Program-made: the position numbers and the translations under genes
The notes under the pieces: model-generated
Told to the model about the DNA's origin: nothing
Database searches by the model: none
What the model saw: the letters and a program-made list of their open reading frames with translations, nothing else
NCBI GenBank assembly: GCA_018649885.1
Contig: JABIHA010000074.1
Coordinates: 1 to 64,000 of the forward strand
Source of the DNA: Bacteriovoracaceae bacterium
Lineage (GTDB): Bacteria; Bdellovibrionota; Bacteriovoracia; Bacteriovoracales; Bacteriovoracaceae
Length of the DNA stretch: 64,000 nucleotides
Direction: 5' to 3'
In this document: positions 1-9,340 of the stretch, one piece after another
Position numbering within the stretch: the first letter of the stretch is position 1
Layout: the number at the start of each line of letters is the position of its first letter

Positions 1-1
1 A

Positions 2-154
2 CCAGCTGCAATGTTTTTTAGATCATCAAATGACATATTAAAATATTGGCAGAAAAGTTACGCTTGGCCAAATAATATGAATGACATAGAGCCGCACCGG
101 CGAAAAAGCCTGGTGGGTTCAACAATTTATTGGGCAGTTACCCTTTTGCGGTAG
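2..154 (+). CDS. Possible 3' end of a gene entering from the left edge (partial, unknown product)
   Basis: Frame 2 is open from base 2 to TAG at 152-154 (PAAMFFRSSNDILKYWQKSYAWP...IYWAVTLLR*); no family recognised. Confidence 0.35.
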   Translation, partial: PAAMFFRSSNDILKYWQKSYAWPNNMNDIEPHRRKSLVGSTIYWAVTLLR

Positions 155-343
155 AACGTGCTAGCAGCACGTTCTAGTGCTATGAGGTATGTAAAGGAGG
201 GGGACTTCCGGCGCCCGGCCAGGGTCCCCCGTGAATCAAGCACCTTTTGCGGCAAAAATGCGAACAAGCATTTTTGAAGCTAAGAGGTATGTGAAAAAGG
301 TGGACTTCCGGCGCCCGGCCAGGGTCCACCGTGAATCAAGCAC
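142..343. repeat. Two tandem ~100-bp structured repeat units (REP/BIME-like or structured RNA)
   Basis: Units at 142-243 and 243-343 share CCTTTTGCGG, GAGGTATGT, GGACTTCCGGCGCCCGGCCAGGGTCC and CCGTGAATCAAGCAC; each forms two hairpins. Confidence 0.9.
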
Positions 344-476
344 TCCCCCCCCAACCGTCAAATTTTTCAACAACCTAAAAAATATACACCTCCCCCTTCT
401 CCCAAATCCCACTCATTGATACCATTCATTCAACTTAAAATTTTGGTGGGCAACTTAAACAAACCGGGGAATACAA

Positions 477-1057
477 ATGAAAAAGATCATCATCCCTCTT
501 GCGGGTGCAATCGTCGCCATGTCAGCAAGCGCTCAATCAACAGAACAAGAAATTTCAACAGCGAAGGTTGAATCAAAAACTAGTAGCAGCTTTGAAAGTA
601 AATCAATTGAGTTATCAGCTGCATATGTTAACTCACAGCTCACCTATGCAAATGGCGAAGAAGACAAAATAGGTGGTAACGGCATAAATCTACAAACAGG
701 CTACCTTTTTCATCTATCTCCAAGTTTAACAACAACAAGTGGTCTAAGAGGAAATTACTTAATCCTAGAAGAAAAAGATTGGAAGATGGAGCACACAAAA
801 ATTAGGTCCTACGACGTTGGTGTTGCTCAACGATTTTCCTATAATATAAACCTCTCCGGTGTCATAATTCGGCCTTTCATTGAAGGCGGTTTCTCTAGAG
901 GTAGAATTCATTTTAGTGAAGACTATTCTGGCACAGCTTTTACAGGTGATTTCAAAATGACTGTTGATTATAACAAATATGGAGGTGCGGCTGGACTTCA
1001 GTTTGTGGTATCATGGACTCAAGAGTCATCTCTGCCGGAATCGGATTTTTATTCTAA
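477..1057 (+). pseudogene. Outer-membrane beta-barrel (OmpA/porin-like) protein, apparently frameshifted or deleted near 1006
   Basis: Signal peptide and about six amphipathic beta-strands; the ORF-track C-terminus is not barrel-like, while the -1 frame at 1007-1057 reads GIMDSRVISAGIGFLF*, a typical last strand ending in Phe. Confidence 0.65.
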
Positions 1058-1067
1058 ATTGATATAA

Positions 1068-1094
1068 TGGGGAGCTTGCGTCTCCCCTATTTTT
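1068..1094 (+). terminator. Probable intrinsic terminator between convergent genes
   Basis: GGGGAG-CTTGCGT-CTCCCC followed by TATTTTT. Confidence 0.5.
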
Positions 1095-1998
1095 GGACTT
1101 TGCTCAGCTGCTTTTTAATATAAAGAATATCACTTTTTTTGATCTTCCTTTTTCTCGCCAAACTCAAACTCTTTTTATAAGCATCAATACTTTTTTTCTG
1201 ATAGGTTTCAGCGCCTGCAATTTCTTGAACTTTTAAATGCTGATACCAAGCAAAGTAAATATCCCCTATATTAAAGGTGGCCCACACTTCCCGGCTTTGA
1301 TCTTGGCCTTTAGTGACTTGAAACTCAGTCCAATACTTGTGTGCCAATATGGCATTTTGGATGGCCTGTTCAAACTTTTTGAGAGAACTCAAAGTTCCAG
1401 ATAAATTATTGTGAGTTATGGCGAGGCTTTTTAACTTGTTATCTTTGTCATCAATATCAGAAGCAACTTTTAAGGCCTCGTTCAACCACTTCTCTGACAG
1501 ATCCCATCTTTTTAGAAAATAGGCATCGACGTCAAGGCTAATGAGTGCATCATGTAACTCCAAGGCGGACCCATATTTTTTAAAAACCTGATACTCTTTT
1601 TGGTGTAAGAATGTGGCCCCTTGATAGTTTTTATTCCATCTTTGCAGCCATCCCAACTTTTTGAGAAATCGACCTTTGAGTCTTTGGAATTTATCGGAGC
1701 TTTTGTGGTAGATTCGGCTGTGGCCTGTCTCTATTATTTCCAGGGCCTTTGGGAAATCTTTATCGGCCATGGCAAGTAGTCCATGAAAATAATTAACCCA
1801 AGCTGCTTCATATGGTCCATCAATTTCAGTGGTATTCAAAAACTGCCTAGCTTTAGCGCTTCCCCCATTATTAATAAGAAAAATGATATCTTTGTATTTT
1901 TCTGGCGGGGCCAAAATACCAGTTGGCCTCGAACTCAAAGAAAAGCTTGAGCACCCAAAAGTAGCACTTAATATCACAATTAATAAAACAATTCTCAC
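1087..1998 (-). CDS. TPR-repeat lipoprotein, last gene of the pel operon
   Basis: Lipobox-like signal (RIVLLIVILSATFG-C) and TPR-like helices; GTG at 1998 overlaps the pelG stop (GTGA); ORF track starts at 2016. Confidence 0.7.
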   Translation of the reverse strand: MRIVLLIVILSATFGCSSFSLSSRPTGILAPPEKYKDIIFLINNGGSAKARQFLNTTEIDGPYEAAWVNYFHGLLAMADKDFPKALEIIETGHSRIYHKSSDKFQRLKGRFLKKLGWLQRWNKNYQGATFLHQKEYQVFKKYGSALELHDALISLDVDAYFLKRWDLSEKWLNEALKVASDIDDKDNKLKSLAITHNNLSGTLSSLKKFEQAIQNAILAHKYWTEFQVTKGQDQSREVWATFNIGDIYFAWYQHLKVQEIAGAETYQKKSIDAYKKSLSLARKRKIKKSDILYIKKQLSKVQK

Positions 1999-3389
1999 TT
2001 CAATCCTGAAATCCATTTCATAGAAATTGGTTGTTCCATGAAGGTATAGTAGTTCAAATTTTTTAATCTTCTATTAAGATTAAAGTAGGAAAGAAGAAGC
2101 GTCAAAAAGCAGCTAATGACATAGCCCAAACCGTGGAAACGGTAACCAAATTTAAGGCTAACAGTGGTCAACAGGGCGTTGGAGACAAAGAATAGGAAAT
2201 ATGACCAAAAGACCGAGTGTTCGTCTCGGAAATAAAGAGACAATATATTCATGACCAAAAACATCACCTGGAGGTAGGCACCAATTATGCCATAGCGCAG
2301 TGGAGATTCAATTAATGGAGATAGGTAGAACACACTCAGAATTTTAGGCATAAAATACCAACACATGATGCTGACAAAAGTCTGTATCTTTAACATCATC
2401 CCAAAGGTTTCTTGTAATTTTTCACCAATTGTTCTACTGGCCTCTTCTAGAAAAGGAAGAGATTTCTTTTGTTCAATAGATTTAAAATAAAAATTATAAT
2501 AGGTATAAAAACTTGTTTCTACTTTTACTAAAAATATAGCAAGAGACGGAATAATAGAAAGGTAGGCCAAGAACATCGCCGTATCATAATATGGGTTAGT
2601 ATAAAAAGGACCGACTATTTGAACACCAATACTTGAATACCAAAATATGAGTTTATCAACCCAGATACCCATATAGTAGAACATTCCTATTCCAATTAGA
2701 ACCTTGCCTTTAAGGAAATATCCTCCCAGCTCATGGGTTGTGTATTCCTTACCTGAGAACTCAACGTAAACGAGTATAGAAAGTGACAAGGCCAAAACCC
2801 AAATACCAAGTGCGTAACCAAAAATAAAACCTGTCAGGCCAAAGCTTTTTCCCAAAATCGTGCTGAAGACCAAACTTAAGATCCCGCCCCCAACAAAACT
2901 TGCAATAATTTTTCCATACCCTTTAGCAGCACTAAGAAAAACCATCCCAACCCAAGTAGACAGAACACTAATTAAAAAAAGCACACCACCAACTTTGGCA
3001 TAGAGATCAATCGGAACAAAATAGTAAAAAAGATATCCTAGCACGGCGCCAGAAGCGACACATATTGATATCACCGTAAAAAAAACTCTTCTGAAGGTGC
3101 TCACATCATAGTGATAAATTTTATCACTAATATACCTTGTTAGAGGCAGTTCAATCATTCCAAATAGAATGAGACTTCCTGCATAGGTATAAGAAATAAT
3201 AGATTTAAATACTAAAAGCTCTTTGCCCACTAACCACTGTCTCGCATAAAGCGAAATGATGGCAATGCTTAGTATGGAAATTAGCCATGGCCCACTCGAT
3301 AAGACAATGGAGTAAAAGGCACCCTTAACTCTAGAAACTGAGCTATCATCTGAAAAATATTTATTAAGTCTAAACCCTATTCCCGCCAT
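1995..3389 (-). CDS. pelG: PelG, Pel exopolysaccharide inner-membrane transporter
   Basis: N-terminal MAGIGF, SSGPW, WVDK and YD..MFLAYL motifs; about 12 TM segments; directly after pelF. Confidence 0.95.
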   Translation of the reverse strand: MAGIGFRLNKYFSDDSSVSRVKGAFYSIVLSSGPWLISILSIAIISLYARQWLVGKELLVFKSIISYTYAGSLILFGMIELPLTRYISDKIYHYDVSTFRRVFFTVISICVASGAVLGYLFYYFVPIDLYAKVGGVLFLISVLSTWVGMVFLSAAKGYGKIIASFVGGGILSLVFSTILGKSFGLTGFIFGYALGIWVLALSLSILVYVEFSGKEYTTHELGGYFLKGKVLIGIGMFYYMGIWVDKLIFWYSSIGVQIVGPFYTNPYYDTAMFLAYLSIIPSLAIFLVKVETSFYTYYNFYFKSIEQKKSLPFLEEASRTIGEKLQETFGMMLKIQTFVSIMCWYFMPKILSVFYLSPLIESPLRYGIIGAYLQVMFLVMNILSLYFRDEHSVFWSYFLFFVSNALLTTVSLKFGYRFHGLGYVISCFLTLLLSYFNLNRRLKNLNYYTFMEQPISMKWISGLK

Positions 3390-4873
3390 GATGCCTTTCC
3401 GCCTACAAGTGAAAATTTGTTGTATAGATTCAAATGATTACTTAGGTAATGCTCTTCTGTGTAATACCGTTTTACCCTAATTTTTCCCACCTCGCCCATC
3501 TCTTTCATCTTCACAGGATTCAACAAGATAGTGGCAATGGAGTTTCCAAGCTCTTCAGGGTGGCCAAAAGGAACAACGTCGCCTGCAGGACCTAGATCTC
3601 TATCAGCTTGCTCCATTCCAAAAATTAATTCAGAACATGAGCCTACGTCTGTTGTGACACATGGGATGCCATAGGTGAAGGCCTCTAGCAAAACGATGGG
3701 TTGACCTTCACTTATACTTGAAAGGACCATAATATCTAGCTTAGGATAATAATCCACAAGATTAACATTCCCCGTAAACTCAATACAACTGTCAAGGCCC
3801 AGAAGGGAAATTAAATCCTTACACTCTAAGTAATAGTCGGGATCTTCTTCATAAGGTCCCATTACAATGACTTTAATATTTTCCACCCTCTCAAAAACCA
3901 AAGAAATACTTTTTATAAAGGTCTTTATGTCTTTAATGGGGACAACTCTGCCAACAAGGCCTATGACAAGCTCATCTCCTCTGTCAGAATCTCTTTTGGC
4001 ATCACCAATTTTTATTCCGTTTGGAATAATCTGACATTTAGACTTTTGAGCTCCAAATTTAATCTGTTTTTCTCGATTACCATTGTAAAGAGTTGTAATA
4101 GTATCAGCGTATTCATAAGCAGTTTTGCTCATGAAGTGAAACATATTTATCCACCAATTTTTGAAAAAAGGAAGCTTCTTTTCAATTTTCAGGCCAGATT
4201 CAAAATTATAAAGCCAGTCAGCCTGGGAAATTTCAATCTCCCTCTCATGGCTATAAATTCCATGCTCTGATATGATAAAAGGAGCACCATACCTTACCTT
4301 GGCAACAGCACCTAAAAGACCTGCATATCCAGTACTGAGAGAGTGATAAATGCTGGCCCTTGGAATTTCAGTTGATAGAATTTTAAAAATTGGAAGATTC
4401 AAATACCTCCAGCTATAGAAAAAATCGATAAAAGGAGGTGCCTCACGTAAAGAGAAAAGCTTTTGGTGCATATTTAAAATGCTATCCCACCCCTGCTTTG
4501 ATTTTAAAATATCAAATAAATTGATTTTTGCGGAATTTGAATCAATAAATTGTCGATAAAATGCTTCGAGTTTAAAGGCCTCGCCACTAGATACATGCTG
4601 ATGATAATCTTCGAATGTAGATGAATCAAAATCTCTGCCTAAATCAACTGCCTCTGTCTCAATGTCCTCTTCGTATAAAAATATTTCTTTTATAAACTCT
4701 ACATTGTCAGGAATTTCATATCTCGGTTTTTTTACATCGCCACTTTTTGCGCCTATATAAACAATTCCATAGGTTATATGAGGTGTCCCCTTGATTAGTT
4801 GGTAAACACATGCTGAAACTCCCCCTCGAACATAAGGATAAGTCCCCTCAAGAAGTAAGCAAACATCAGTCAT
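3377..4873 (-). CDS. pelF: PelF, GT4 glycosyltransferase
   Basis: EGTYPYVRGGVS, STGYAG, EHGIY..ER, GRVVPIKD and SISEGQP motifs; ATG at 4873 overlaps upstream stop (ATGA). Confidence 0.96.
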   Translation of the reverse strand: MTDVCLLLEGTYPYVRGGVSACVYQLIKGTPHITYGIVYIGAKSGDVKKPRYEIPDNVEFIKEIFLYEEDIETEAVDLGRDFDSSTFEDYHQHVSSGEAFKLEAFYRQFIDSNSAKINLFDILKSKQGWDSILNMHQKLFSLREAPPFIDFFYSWRYLNLPIFKILSTEIPRASIYHSLSTGYAGLLGAVAKVRYGAPFIISEHGIYSHEREIEISQADWLYNFESGLKIEKKLPFFKNWWINMFHFMSKTAYEYADTITTLYNGNREKQIKFGAQKSKCQIIPNGIKIGDAKRDSDRGDELVIGLVGRVVPIKDIKTFIKSISLVFERVENIKVIVMGPYEEDPDYYLECKDLISLLGLDSCIEFTGNVNLVDYYPKLDIMVLSSISEGQPIVLLEAFTYGIPCVTTDVGSCSELIFGMEQADRDLGPAGDVVPFGHPEELGNSIATILLNPVKMKEMGEVGKIRVKRYYTEEHYLSNHLNLYNKFSLVGGKASWRE

Positions 4874-6777
4874 AGGCACCTCTGTAAGTAGGGATACCAA
4901 TAAATGTGTGTTTCGCCTTGGTCTGCAATGAAGTTCAAAACAAAACCGAGCTGTTCTTTTCCAAAACAATCAGTCATAAGCTGTCTTGCACTTAAACTGT
5001 CTAGATCAGATAGTTCATGCCAATTACTATTTTCAACCCAAGCGACAATTCCTTCAGGACTTATACTATCGCCTTTTAAACTTTGCCGAAATTTATTGAC
5101 CAGACAAAACCCATTTTCAATATGCCCAACAGATCTGCTTTTAGCTAGGCAAGAATATATCTTTGATGAGAGATCATCTGGTAAACTCGCTAGGTTTAAA
5201 TCAATAATTTCCAGACACAATCTCAAGGGAAGATCGAGAAGTACTAATTCTGAGTAAAACGGCACAGATTTTACCATCTGAGAATGATTCTTTATCACTT
5301 CTGGAAAAAGAGTGAAAAATCTTGCTAAAACACGGTTTGCAGTTTTACCAATTCCGAATTCTTCAGCCTGTTCAAAGATGGTGGTAATAGATTTCAAATA
5401 AAGTCTCTTGGGATTTTGGTAAAAAAGATCAATGATTTTTAGAGCTATATTTTTATCATTACCTACTATTTTAAAAATGCTGGTCAGTTTGTCATCTTCG
5501 ATGAACTCTAAATTTTGCTCAACAAAATTAAGTAGACAAATATCTTCAAAATTAGAACGGTCTTTAATTTCAATCAAATGATCTGACAGCTTGTTTACAT
5601 TTTCTTTATCAAACCCACGATGGTGAGAAAGGATTGTCCATGAAAAATACTTAAAGACACGATCATCAGACTTCAAGCAATCAAGTAATAATTCATGAGA
5701 TGCTAGTTTTGAAACCATTAATATCTCTAGAAGCAACGATTTCAAGTAAGGGTTCTTCTTTTGCACCAGTAGCGTTTGAAACGCTGGAATCTTAACATCA
5801 CAAATATTTGAAGAAACCGCAAGGAGTACCAGGGTTTCTAATTGAGGATTGATTTTTTTGTGTTTTTTCAAATAGTAACTAATTATGTCATTAACATCTA
5901 GGTTAAGTAGTAAATTAAAAAATGAAGACTGCATTTCAAACCCTGAGAAGCTACTATAAAGTTCACTCATAAATCTCATGCTTAAACTATCATTTTTAAG
6001 ACCTTCAATAATAGATAATTTCACACTATGAGATTTTTCTTCCCGGAACCACTTAAGAAAACGTCTTCGGAAAAATGCGCCTTGATAACGAGACAAAGAG
6101 ACTAGCACTTTTGTCCTAATTTTTGAGCTGTCATGGTTTCTAAAGCTTGCGAGAAGTGAAAAATCTTTGAAAAGAAGGAATGCCGATATATATGATATAT
6201 ATTCTGAGAGCTCAGAGACATCAGGGATTCCCTTTTTTAAATTGGCCCTTGCTATGACAATCCCTCGATGCTCATGAAAGCTTTTCAATACACCAAGACT
6301 AAGAACCACAAGCTCAGAATCACATCGGTGAAGATTTTCAATAACAAATGGCAAAAATTCAATCAGATTATTCTCTCCAATAAACCGAGTAAAAAAGCTT
6401 CGTCCTTTTCCCGAAAGCGAAAGCGTTGCTTTTTTGAGAGAAATTAATTTTATGGTTCTTGTAATAATCTCGTCTGCTAAATACTCTTTAAGCATTTTCT
6501 CGCTATTTATTGAAATTGAAATTGAATCACTAACACCGAGTTCGCATAAGAGAGAAATTGTAAATGAAGAAAGCTCTATCTCTGATTCTGCTAAAATTTT
6601 ACTACACAGTGTAAAAAAGTCATCTGCCTTTACGGGGCATTCAGGGAGGCCTATGACACTCGCTAGAGTTTTAAGGTCAATCTCCTCACGCATTGAAAAG
6701 AATCGATCATATGCAACACTGCGGACTTGATATGAAGGACTATTAAAATCGCTTATGATATTTTCTACCACGCTCAT
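4870..6777 (-). CDS. Large alpha-helical HEAT/ARM-like repeat protein inside the pel operon
   Basis: 635 aa, Leu-rich helical, HEAT-like segments (SPSYQVRSVA, HDSSKIRTKVL); ATGA overlaps at both ends. Confidence 0.7.
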   Translation of the reverse strand: MSVVENIISDFNSPSYQVRSVAYDRFFSMREEIDLKTLASVIGLPECPVKADDFFTLCSKILAESEIELSSFTISLLCELGVSDSISISINSEKMLKEYLADEIITRTIKLISLKKATLSLSGKGRSFFTRFIGENNLIEFLPFVIENLHRCDSELVVLSLGVLKSFHEHRGIVIARANLKKGIPDVSELSEYISYISAFLLFKDFSLLASFRNHDSSKIRTKVLVSLSRYQGAFFRRRFLKWFREEKSHSVKLSIIEGLKNDSLSMRFMSELYSSFSGFEMQSSFFNLLLNLDVNDIISYYLKKHKKINPQLETLVLLAVSSNICDVKIPAFQTLLVQKKNPYLKSLLLEILMVSKLASHELLLDCLKSDDRVFKYFSWTILSHHRGFDKENVNKLSDHLIEIKDRSNFEDICLLNFVEQNLEFIEDDKLTSIFKIVGNDKNIALKIIDLFYQNPKRLYLKSITTIFEQAEEFGIGKTANRVLARFFTLFPEVIKNHSQMVKSVPFYSELVLLDLPLRLCLEIIDLNLASLPDDLSSKIYSCLAKSRSVGHIENGFCLVNKFRQSLKGDSISPEGIVAWVENSNWHELSDLDSLSARQLMTDCFGKEQLGFVLNFIADQGETHIYWYPYLQRCL

Positions 6778-7742
6778 TTACGTCCCTCCTCATTAGTAAC
6801 CAGCTGATAATATTCTTCTTTCTGGTTTAAATAGTAGAATGCTTTCGTTTTTAAAGATAAGGCCTTTTCATATAGCATCTCTTTTTCACATAAAAGATTC
6901 TTGGCCTTTTCAAAAAAAGATAGCACTAATTGGTATTGTCCTTTTAAATAGTATATCTCAATAACACGGTAGTAACTTTCTACACTTGTAGTATTAAGTT
7001 GAATTGATGATAGAAAGTCGTATAGAGATTTTTCTAAAAACCTTTGAGATGTAAGTCCGTCAAGTAAATCATATTTGTAAAATTTCAAATAGGCAGTTGC
7101 TCTATCAAACAGTAAGTCAGAAGAGTGAGGATATAGTGAAATAGATTTGCTAATATCATGGATATGGTCAATAAATCTTTTTTCAATTTTATCTAATGCA
7201 CCATTTGCAAAGTAACTAACTTCATATGAAGGATCTTTTAGGGCCATTTTAAGAAGTGTTACACTCTCTTTACTTGTGGTCCTCGATAAACGTTCGATGG
7301 CACTCAATTTCAGTTGATTATTACCTGACATAAATATTTCGCCGTAACTGGCGAGATCAGTTGGCAGTTTCTCCCATTTCTCAACAATTTTTTGATTAAT
7401 ACTTGCAATTTTTCCGTCTATTTCCAAAGAGTAATCACGATACGACTTTTCAAAAAAGGTATCAACAATAAACCCTTCAAATTCAGAGTCCGAAACCTTC
7501 CTTGAAAAAATATAAAATACTAGTACAGACAACATTCCAATAATGGGTAAGAATAAATCTAAGAGAAAAACCAATACCATTCTACTCTTTTCAACACCAC
7601 CTTTGTAAAAAACAAGTAGTACAAAAACACTAATAAGCGGAGAAGCGATACAAAGCCATAGATTAAGCTCAAGAGCTAGAACTCTAAACAAAACGAGAGA
7701 AATGGTTTTAAATAGAAATAATGAACAGATCAGTTTTGTCAT
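6774..7742 (-). CDS. pelE: PelE-like protein (TM helices + HEAT/TPR)
   Basis: N-terminal TM helices with LFLPIIG, then LLKMALKDPSYEVSYFA HEAT motif and TPR; sits after pelD. Confidence 0.8.
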   Translation of the reverse strand: MTKLICSLFLFKTISLVLFRVLALELNLWLCIASPLISVFVLLVFYKGGVEKSRMVLVFLLDLFLPIIGMLSVLVFYIFSRKVSDSEFEGFIVDTFFEKSYRDYSLEIDGKIASINQKIVEKWEKLPTDLASYGEIFMSGNNQLKLSAIERLSRTTSKESVTLLKMALKDPSYEVSYFANGALDKIEKRFIDHIHDISKSISLYPHSSDLLFDRATAYLKFYKYDLLDGLTSQRFLEKSLYDFLSSIQLNTTSVESYYRVIEIYYLKGQYQLVLSFFEKAKNLLCEKEMLYEKALSLKTKAFYYLNQKEEYYQLVTNEEGRK

Positions 7743-8966
7743 TTAATTCAATATTGGTTGCATATTCACACCAATATCTCCTCCCATTTCACGATCAAAT
7801 TCTTTCAAATATGTTATAAATTCGTCATCACTATCACAGTCTAAGTTTATATAGATATACTCCAGCTCACTTTCACCCTTTGCCAAAAGTTCATTTTGGT
7901 GCAATTTCTTTGGCCAAAGTTTTTTAACTATATCTTCAGTTGTTTTTCTTCCATCGACTGAACTACCTCGATAGTCGATGCTAATTTTAGTTTGCCTGCT
8001 GGATTTCAATGCTTTCGACGGGTTTAACACATGAAGAGATTTCGAAGTCAGAATATTTCCCTGATCATAAAATATTTGACCGCACTCCAAGGCCAATCTC
8101 TTTTTTTGAATCTCAATAGACCTCTCAATCAGCTTAACAACTGGTTTAAGTTCATCCATCTTAACATCTACAAAATTTTCAAAAGGAATATCCTCAATCA
8201 CAATCGCCCCAGTAGTCTGATTGGAGGCCTTGAGCCGAAATGCGACCCCTCCTATAAAATCAAATGGCCAGCTCTCGTGGTTTGCTAGTATACTACTACA
8301 CTCAGGATGCTCTTCAAAACACGGTAAGACCTTTTTGGCATTTTCATCAAAGTAAGACCAAGCTGAGTCACCATCAATTGATGTAACGATACTTATATTT
8401 TCACTGCCTAAGTAACCTTTAAATAACTCCACCACTCCTTGTGCCCATGCTTCCTCACGACCACTAAATATCTTTTCAAAAGATTCTGTTAGAGATGCCT
8501 CACTTGATACACGCCCTAGAAACTTTCGCCCCAGCTCTTTAAGTTCCTCTTCAAGCTCCAAGGATTTCGTAAGCACTGTCTCGAGGTGTATTCTTTGCTC
8601 TTCATGTTTTTTAAGAATTTCCAAATTCTTTCTTCTAAATCTATTAACAGACTCAGCAATAACAACTGGTATAATTAAAATAGAAAGCCCAAGAGATAGA
8701 TAAGGCGCGGTAAAGATGGTATCAATTTTCTGAAAGTCTGCCTGAAAATTAACCGTCCAAAAATAAAAGATTGATAAGGCAATACTAAAGACACCTACCT
8801 CAGCTGCATTTAACAATATTGAAGTAAAAAGTGCCAAGACTAAAAATGGATTTGGGGAGTGTCCCGTAAAGGCAAGATTATCAGGTGATTCAACTCTTCC
8901 TAGAAGGTGAATTCCTGCAATGGCAATTATTGTAAAAATGACAAATTTGACTTTTCTATTAATCAT
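7743..8966 (-). CDS. pelD: PelD-like protein (DUF4118-type TM region, GAF, degenerate GGDEF-like tail)
   Basis: N-terminal TM helices with PNPF, coiled coil, GAF-like GAIVIEDIPF; position before pelE. Confidence 0.75.
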   Translation of the reverse strand: MINRKVKFVIFTIIAIAGIHLLGRVESPDNLAFTGHSPNPFLVLALFTSILLNAAEVGVFSIALSIFYFWTVNFQADFQKIDTIFTAPYLSLGLSILIIPVVIAESVNRFRRKNLEILKKHEEQRIHLETVLTKSLELEEELKELGRKFLGRVSSEASLTESFEKIFSGREEAWAQGVVELFKGYLGSENISIVTSIDGDSAWSYFDENAKKVLPCFEEHPECSSILANHESWPFDFIGGVAFRLKASNQTTGAIVIEDIPFENFVDVKMDELKPVVKLIERSIEIQKKRLALECGQIFYDQGNILTSKSLHVLNPSKALKSSRQTKISIDYRGSSVDGRKTTEDIVKKLWPKKLHQNELLAKGESELEYIYINLDCDSDDEFITYLKEFDREMGGDIGVNMQPILN

Positions 8967-9337
8967 TTTTGACCTCTTCCAATTGAATCGAGAACTCGCT
9001 TAACTAGATCTGAGGGCATAACAGGTTTTTGAATATAATTTAACTTCATTTTGTTTACAAGCATCAACTCACTACTATTTAGATTCTTAGTAGTGAGAAA
9101 AATAATTGGTACACCCAGGTAATCAACATTTTCGCGCACTTTTTGGGCCACTTCAAGGCCATCCATTTCATCCATAATATAATCAAGAATAATTAATGAA
9201 TATTTTTTTTCTTGTATTTTTTCGATGGCAAGAATGGGATTACTAGCTGAATCAACTTTCACATTGTGAAACTCGAGCAAGCTATTTATAATAAATAAAA
9301 ATTCCTGACTATCATCAATTACTAGTATTTCTGTCAT
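8963..9337 (-). CDS. Single-domain response regulator (REC)
   Basis: VIDDS, ILDYIMDEMDG (phospho-Asp), FLTT and QKP all canonical. Confidence 0.93.
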   Translation of the reverse strand: MTEILVIDDSQEFLFIINSLLEFHNVKVDSASNPILAIEKIQEKKYSLIILDYIMDEMDGLEVAQKVRENVDYLGVPIIFLTTKNLNSSELMLVNKMKLNYIQKPVMPSDLVKRVLDSIGRGQK

Positions 9338-9340
9338 AAT

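Noticed and set aside
89..120. Hairpin GAGCCGCACCGGCGAAAAAGCCTGGTGGGTTC
   Set aside because: Imperfect, has no U-tract and lies inside a probable coding frame
142..343. CRISPR array reading of the tandem repeat
   Set aside because: Only two ~100-bp units; the variable part is itself a conserved hairpin rather than a unique spacer; no cas genes in the window
231..419. 62-aa ORF
   Set aside because: Runs through the structured repeat; no RBS or recognisable protein features
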